Source: Mustelus asterias (lineage: Eukaryota). From it: a stretch of DNA of 64,000 nt. The number at the start of each line of letters is the position of its first letter. Position 1 is the stretch's first letter. Below are positions 59,855-64,000 of this stretch, one piece after another. Location: NCBI RefSeq assembly GCF_964213995.1, contig NC_135830.1, forward strand, positions 6,510,001 to 6,574,000, in the 5' to 3' direction. Both the position numbers and the translations under genes were made by a program. The notes beneath the pieces are model-generated. The model saw nothing but the letters and a program-made list of their open reading frames with translations. It was not told the origin of the DNA and ran no database searches.

Positions 59855-60665
59855 CACACTGGGGTTCCAGTAAGGTACCAGCAGAGGGTGCTCTCGCACC
59901 GATAAACAGAAACAATAATTCACTCTGCACTGAGAGAATCACAGGCGCCTTCCTAAAATATCAGAGCAAAACACAACCTCAACAAGAGGGAAGGAGCTTT
60001 GAGGAATTGTATTAGTTACTTTCAACTCGCAGTTGTACTGTCGCTGATCTTCTTCAATCTATTTGATCTCTTTAGTTTAGTAATTGCCATTTGACCCAGT
60101 TTCCGTGTCTGTCTAATATTCAGCAGCTCAATCCCCATCAGGTTTTGAAGCCTTTTTCCCGCGGCCTGTTCTCTGGGTTTATTTGATCCGACGAGAGTTT
60201 TGCTGCTTCAGAGAAAGTCTATCAACAATGAAGAGATTGCACAAGGAAGTGACTGTGATCTTTAAAATTAACATTGCGAATAGAATTCCCCCAGTGAACT
60301 TCAGAATGTTTCCTTAATGCTGCAATGTTTTTGTTACTTTGAGCAACCCAGAATTTGCAGCTGCTCATTAACAGGGCAGGGTTTCATTCCCGCAACCCTG
60401 TCTGGAAAAGCGCAGCAGTTCCACTATCGAGGTGCTGAAAGCAGCTCCGCTCGAGGTGTTTCCTTTGAGTACCAGCCAGCTCACCACTGAGAGATCTCAC
60501 AGACTCAAAGAGGCACAACGACTGAAGTGACAGGATACTGGAAACACTTGGGCTGATCCCAGGTTAATGAGGACTCTTGCGTTGCTGACAGTCATATTGT
60601 GGCTGCATCTGCCCACGATTCTGTGCAACCCGCAGCAGACACGGTGTCAACCTATAGTTAAAGTC

Positions 60666-61171
60666 AGTTTCTGTACAGCAGTTAGACTGCTTTCCATTAC
60701 TGTGAGGCTGAAAGCGCAGTAATACACGGCAGCGTCAGTCAGCTGCAGACCAGAGATAGTCAAACTGGTGAATTTACTCGATGTCTGAAGCTCTCCAGAG
60801 AAACGGCTTTTAGCAAAATCTGCGATATCTTCACCAAATATCGAATTTTTTCCTCAATATAAACACGGGCTGTGTGTCTGGTTGTTGCCGGTACCAATAT
60901 AAACGTAATTGTTCACTGTAGTATCATAGGTACAATTTAAAGTTAACGTTTCTCCTTCCGTCTTGACATCTGAGGACAGCGACTGAGTGACAGAATCTCC
61001 ATGACTCAGATCTGAAAAATATGTTCAAACGGAAACAGATCAGACCGACTGAATACTTAAAATGCAGTTTTAAACCATGTTTGCAAAATGAAAGGAAATA
61101 TGAAATGTATTTGGTGCATAATTACCTGTTAGGAATATTCCCCAAACAACCCAAAGGCTGATTAGCCGCAT
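60666..61171 (-). pseudogene. Family B V pseudogene (mirror of 3954-4459)
   Basis: Same two frameshifts; heptamer 60698-60704. Confidence 0.9.
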
Positions 61172-61532
61172 TATCGTTGTCACTCTATAAAACGGAGTTG
61201 GATATTTGCAGACACCCGTTTGAAACCTCACCCTGTATATTTTGCTGCCGTGTCTCGGGATGCTGTCACTGCATTTCCCTGTGTCCGCGGTGGTGCTGTG
61301 GGGTTGGCAGCTGGTGAACTGGCTGCAAGTGAATGGATTCACCCCGAGCTGGGTTCACTCAGTGTTCTGATAGGGCGAATGGTTTCCTAGTTAGACACGT
61401 GGGAAGAGATTTTATAACCGGAAACATAGGTTTGTTATTGTTTTCTTTAAATCCGGCTTCAATTTTACACTTCAGACTCACTCTGATCACAATGTTTGCC
61501 TAACGCTCTGTTATGTTGAGCGAGCCTCTGAC

Positions 61533-62471
61533 AGTTTTTGTACAGGTTCAGCCCAGCTCTGTCTCTGTGGGACTCAGTGCGCAGTAATAAACCCCGGAGT
61601 CTGCCAGCTCTGTTTTAGACACTTTCAGCGGGACGGTGCGGGTTGTATCATTGAGCTCCGCTAAAAAAACGGTCCCCTGAGGATCTCCCTGTGTTTCCGC
61701 TGTATTTATTTGCCTGCAGCGGGAACTCCATGGATCCGCTGGGATACTGACGGTACCAGAACAAGTATAGAGTGTTCGCACTTGTAGTTGAATAATTACA
61801 GAACAACCCGACATTGACTCCTTCAGTGACGGCGACTGCAGGTGTCTGTGAAACAGAATCTCCTCGACAATGCCCTGTAAAAACACGAAGGAATATTAAG
61901 TTACACAATGCGCCTGCACTCTGTTTCCCCCAGGACTTGCTCATCAACCTGAACATAACCTCAGAGAGAAATCAGACAGCTGAACAGAAGCATATTTTTC
62001 ACAGTTCAGTGGCTGGAACGGGAAGGTGCTGGCGGTGATTAAATAAAACTTCCAACATAAACATTCTGTACTTTCTAACGAGATCAGTTCCTCGCCTTCA
62101 TTCCCTGTGACTGGAACGGGAAATTGCTCAGTGTCTGTGTGCTTGAAAGTCTAGTGATTGTCAAATCATTTTTTGTTATCAGAGAAGTTTGAATTTCGGC
62201 CTAACTCGTCCTCTCTCATTCCCTGAGGGGAAATGTGTCGACTGCCATCAAACAGTGTTCAGTGTTGAAATCAGCGAGATCCGAATGACTATTCGAAGTT
62301 GGGATCAATCCATTCCTCTGATCACCTCCCCTCACCCCCTTCCACTGAACGAACTGCCCGACAGAATATAGTGTGTGGTAAACATGCGAAACACAGTGTT
62401 GAGCAACTTGTGAACTTACCAGTTAAAAGAGCTGCTGCTGTGATGAATAAATATAGGGTAACAGGAAACAT
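61533..62471 (-). pseudogene. Family A V pseudogene (mirror of 2654-3592)
   Basis: Same T7 frameshift and 21-bp spacer. Confidence 0.92.
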
Positions 62472-62752
62472 GTTTGCAGAGCGCTCGCAGTGGATGTGAC
62501 CAGAAAGGGTTGAAAGCTGAAGTTGTTTTCGTCAAGAGTTGGGAAGAAGTTGAGTCATATCCGGGCCCCTATTGATTGGTTCATTGCTGCCAACCTCATC
62601 ATATGACATGCAATTGGCTTCAAATAATAAAATTCAGTCTCACCAATTCCAATTCAGAATTCTCGGAAGAAGATATTTGGTGAGGTATGTAAATCAACAA
62701 GCCCCAAAATGTTCTCAATGACCCCATTCCAAACCTGATTGAACAGAATCTG

Positions 62753-63272
62753 ATGTGGAGATGCCGGCGTTGGACTGGGGTGAACACAGTAAGAAGTCTC
62801 ACAACACCAGGTTAAAGTCCAACAGGTTTATTTGGTAGCAAACACCATAAGCTTTCGGAGCGCTGCTCCTTCGTCGGATGGAGTGGAAATGTGCTCTCAA
62901 ACAGTGCACAGAGACACAAAATCAAGTTACAGAATACCGATTAGAATGTGAATCCCTACAGCCAGCCAGGTCTTAAAGATGCAGACAATGCAGATGCAGA
63001 AATAGGCAGAGCCCCCAGGATGGGTAATTAGCAGTAAAAAAAAATTAGCAGACAAGTCCCTCCACCCACATTGTCTCCATCTTTAAGATCTGGCTGGCTG
63101 TTGGGATTCGCATTCTAATCAGTATTCTGTAACTTGATTTTGTGTCTCTGTGCACTGTTTGAGAGCACATTTTCACTCCATCTGACGAAGGAGCAGCGCT
63201 CCGAAAGCTTATGGTGTTTGCTACCAAATAAACCCATTGGACTTTAACCTGGTGTTGTGAGACTTCTTACTG
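62753..63272. mobile_element. Penelope-like inverted remnant with hammerhead motifs (mirror)
   Basis: CCATCTGACGAAGGAGCAGCGCTCCGAAAGCTTATGG at 63178-63214. Confidence 0.85.
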
Positions 63273-63570
63273 TGAACAGAATCTGCCAGCAGAGGGCACC
63301 GAATCCCTGCATGCTCATTAGAAGGTCACGTGGGTCCAACGCCGAAGCCAAAAGGGATGAGTTCCTGAGTGAGGTCACAATGGGGCTGGTCCCTGCATTG
63401 TGTCTCAATCATCCCATTCCCATTCACTGAGATACTCAGTCAGACAGACTGGCGGCGCTATGTGACAGTAAGTGAAGAATTATGTTCATTAACACAGTTT
63501 AGCAGATTGACGACAATAGATTGTAATCTGATTTAATATAGTTCACGGTATATATGTATATAATATATAT

Positions 63571-63909
63571 ATCATAGAAATCATAGAAACCCTACAGTAC
63601 AGAAAGAGGCCATTCGGCCCATCGAGTCTGCACCGACCACAATCCCACCCAGGCCCTACCCCCATATCCACCCGCTAATCCCTCTAACCTACACATCTCA
63701 GAACACTAAGGGGCAATTTTAGCATGGCCAATCAACCTAACCCGCACATCTTTGGACAGTGGGAGGAAACCGGAGCACCCGGAGGAAACCCACGCAGACA
63801 CGAGGAGAATGTGCAAACTCCACACAGACAGTGACCCGAGCCGGGAATCGAACCCAGGTCCCTGGAGCTGTGAAGCAGCAGTGCTAACCACTGTGCTACC
63901 GTGCCGCCC
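63571..63909 (-). mobile_element. HE1-like SINE (mirror of 1224-1554)
   Basis: Same site, different internal indels. Confidence 0.9.
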
Positions 63910-64000
63910 ATGTATTTATATATGGACAGGTTGTAAAATGGAAACTTACGCACACATACAGATATATCGTTCCTCTTTAACCTTGGACTCTTATTTATCT

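Larger units (their letters stand above)
35835..64000 (-). repeat. Right arm of giant inverted segmental duplication (probably continues past window end)
   Basis: Mirror of 1133-27405; longer by a 1654-bp CR1 insertion and one extra 233-bp Tx1 unit. Confidence 0.98.

Noticed and set aside
1-64000. NAR-TCR V, leaderless supporting V-delta, TAILV/IgH V, D, J or C segments
   Set aside because: All intact Vs have their own leader and no extra CDR1 Cys; I saw no convincing 12-RSS, FGxG J motif or C exon

Overview
Eukaryotic, repeat-rich DNA from a cartilaginous fish (HE1/V-SINEs, shark-type CR1, Rex1/Babar, Tx1 and Penelope elements). It is part of the germline V-segment array of a T-cell receptor locus, most likely TCR alpha/delta. 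Nine V genes look intact (leader exon, phase-1 intron, V exon, 3' RSS), alongside many V pseudogenes and relics; I saw no D, J, C, NAR-TCR or clear IgH-type V segments. The dominant structure is a near-perfect inverted duplication: left arm 1133-27405, right arm 35835-64000 (running off the window), around an 8.4-kb unique spacer. Arm-specific events (a 1.65-kb CR1 insertion, 2 vs 3 tandem Tx1 ends, SNPs) suggest it is real. Other notable items: a V family whose RSSs all have a 24-bp spacer, a Tx1 insertion separating an intact V from its promoter, a hammerhead-bearing Penelope inversion that captured nearby DNA, a head-to-head fusion of two CR1s, an orphan CpG element with triplicated RFX+YY1 motifs, CTCF-like sites, a perfect tRNA-Glu(CTC) in each arm, and decayed tRNA-Arg and intron-bearing tRNA-Pro genes. 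All calls were made by eye; no searches were run.
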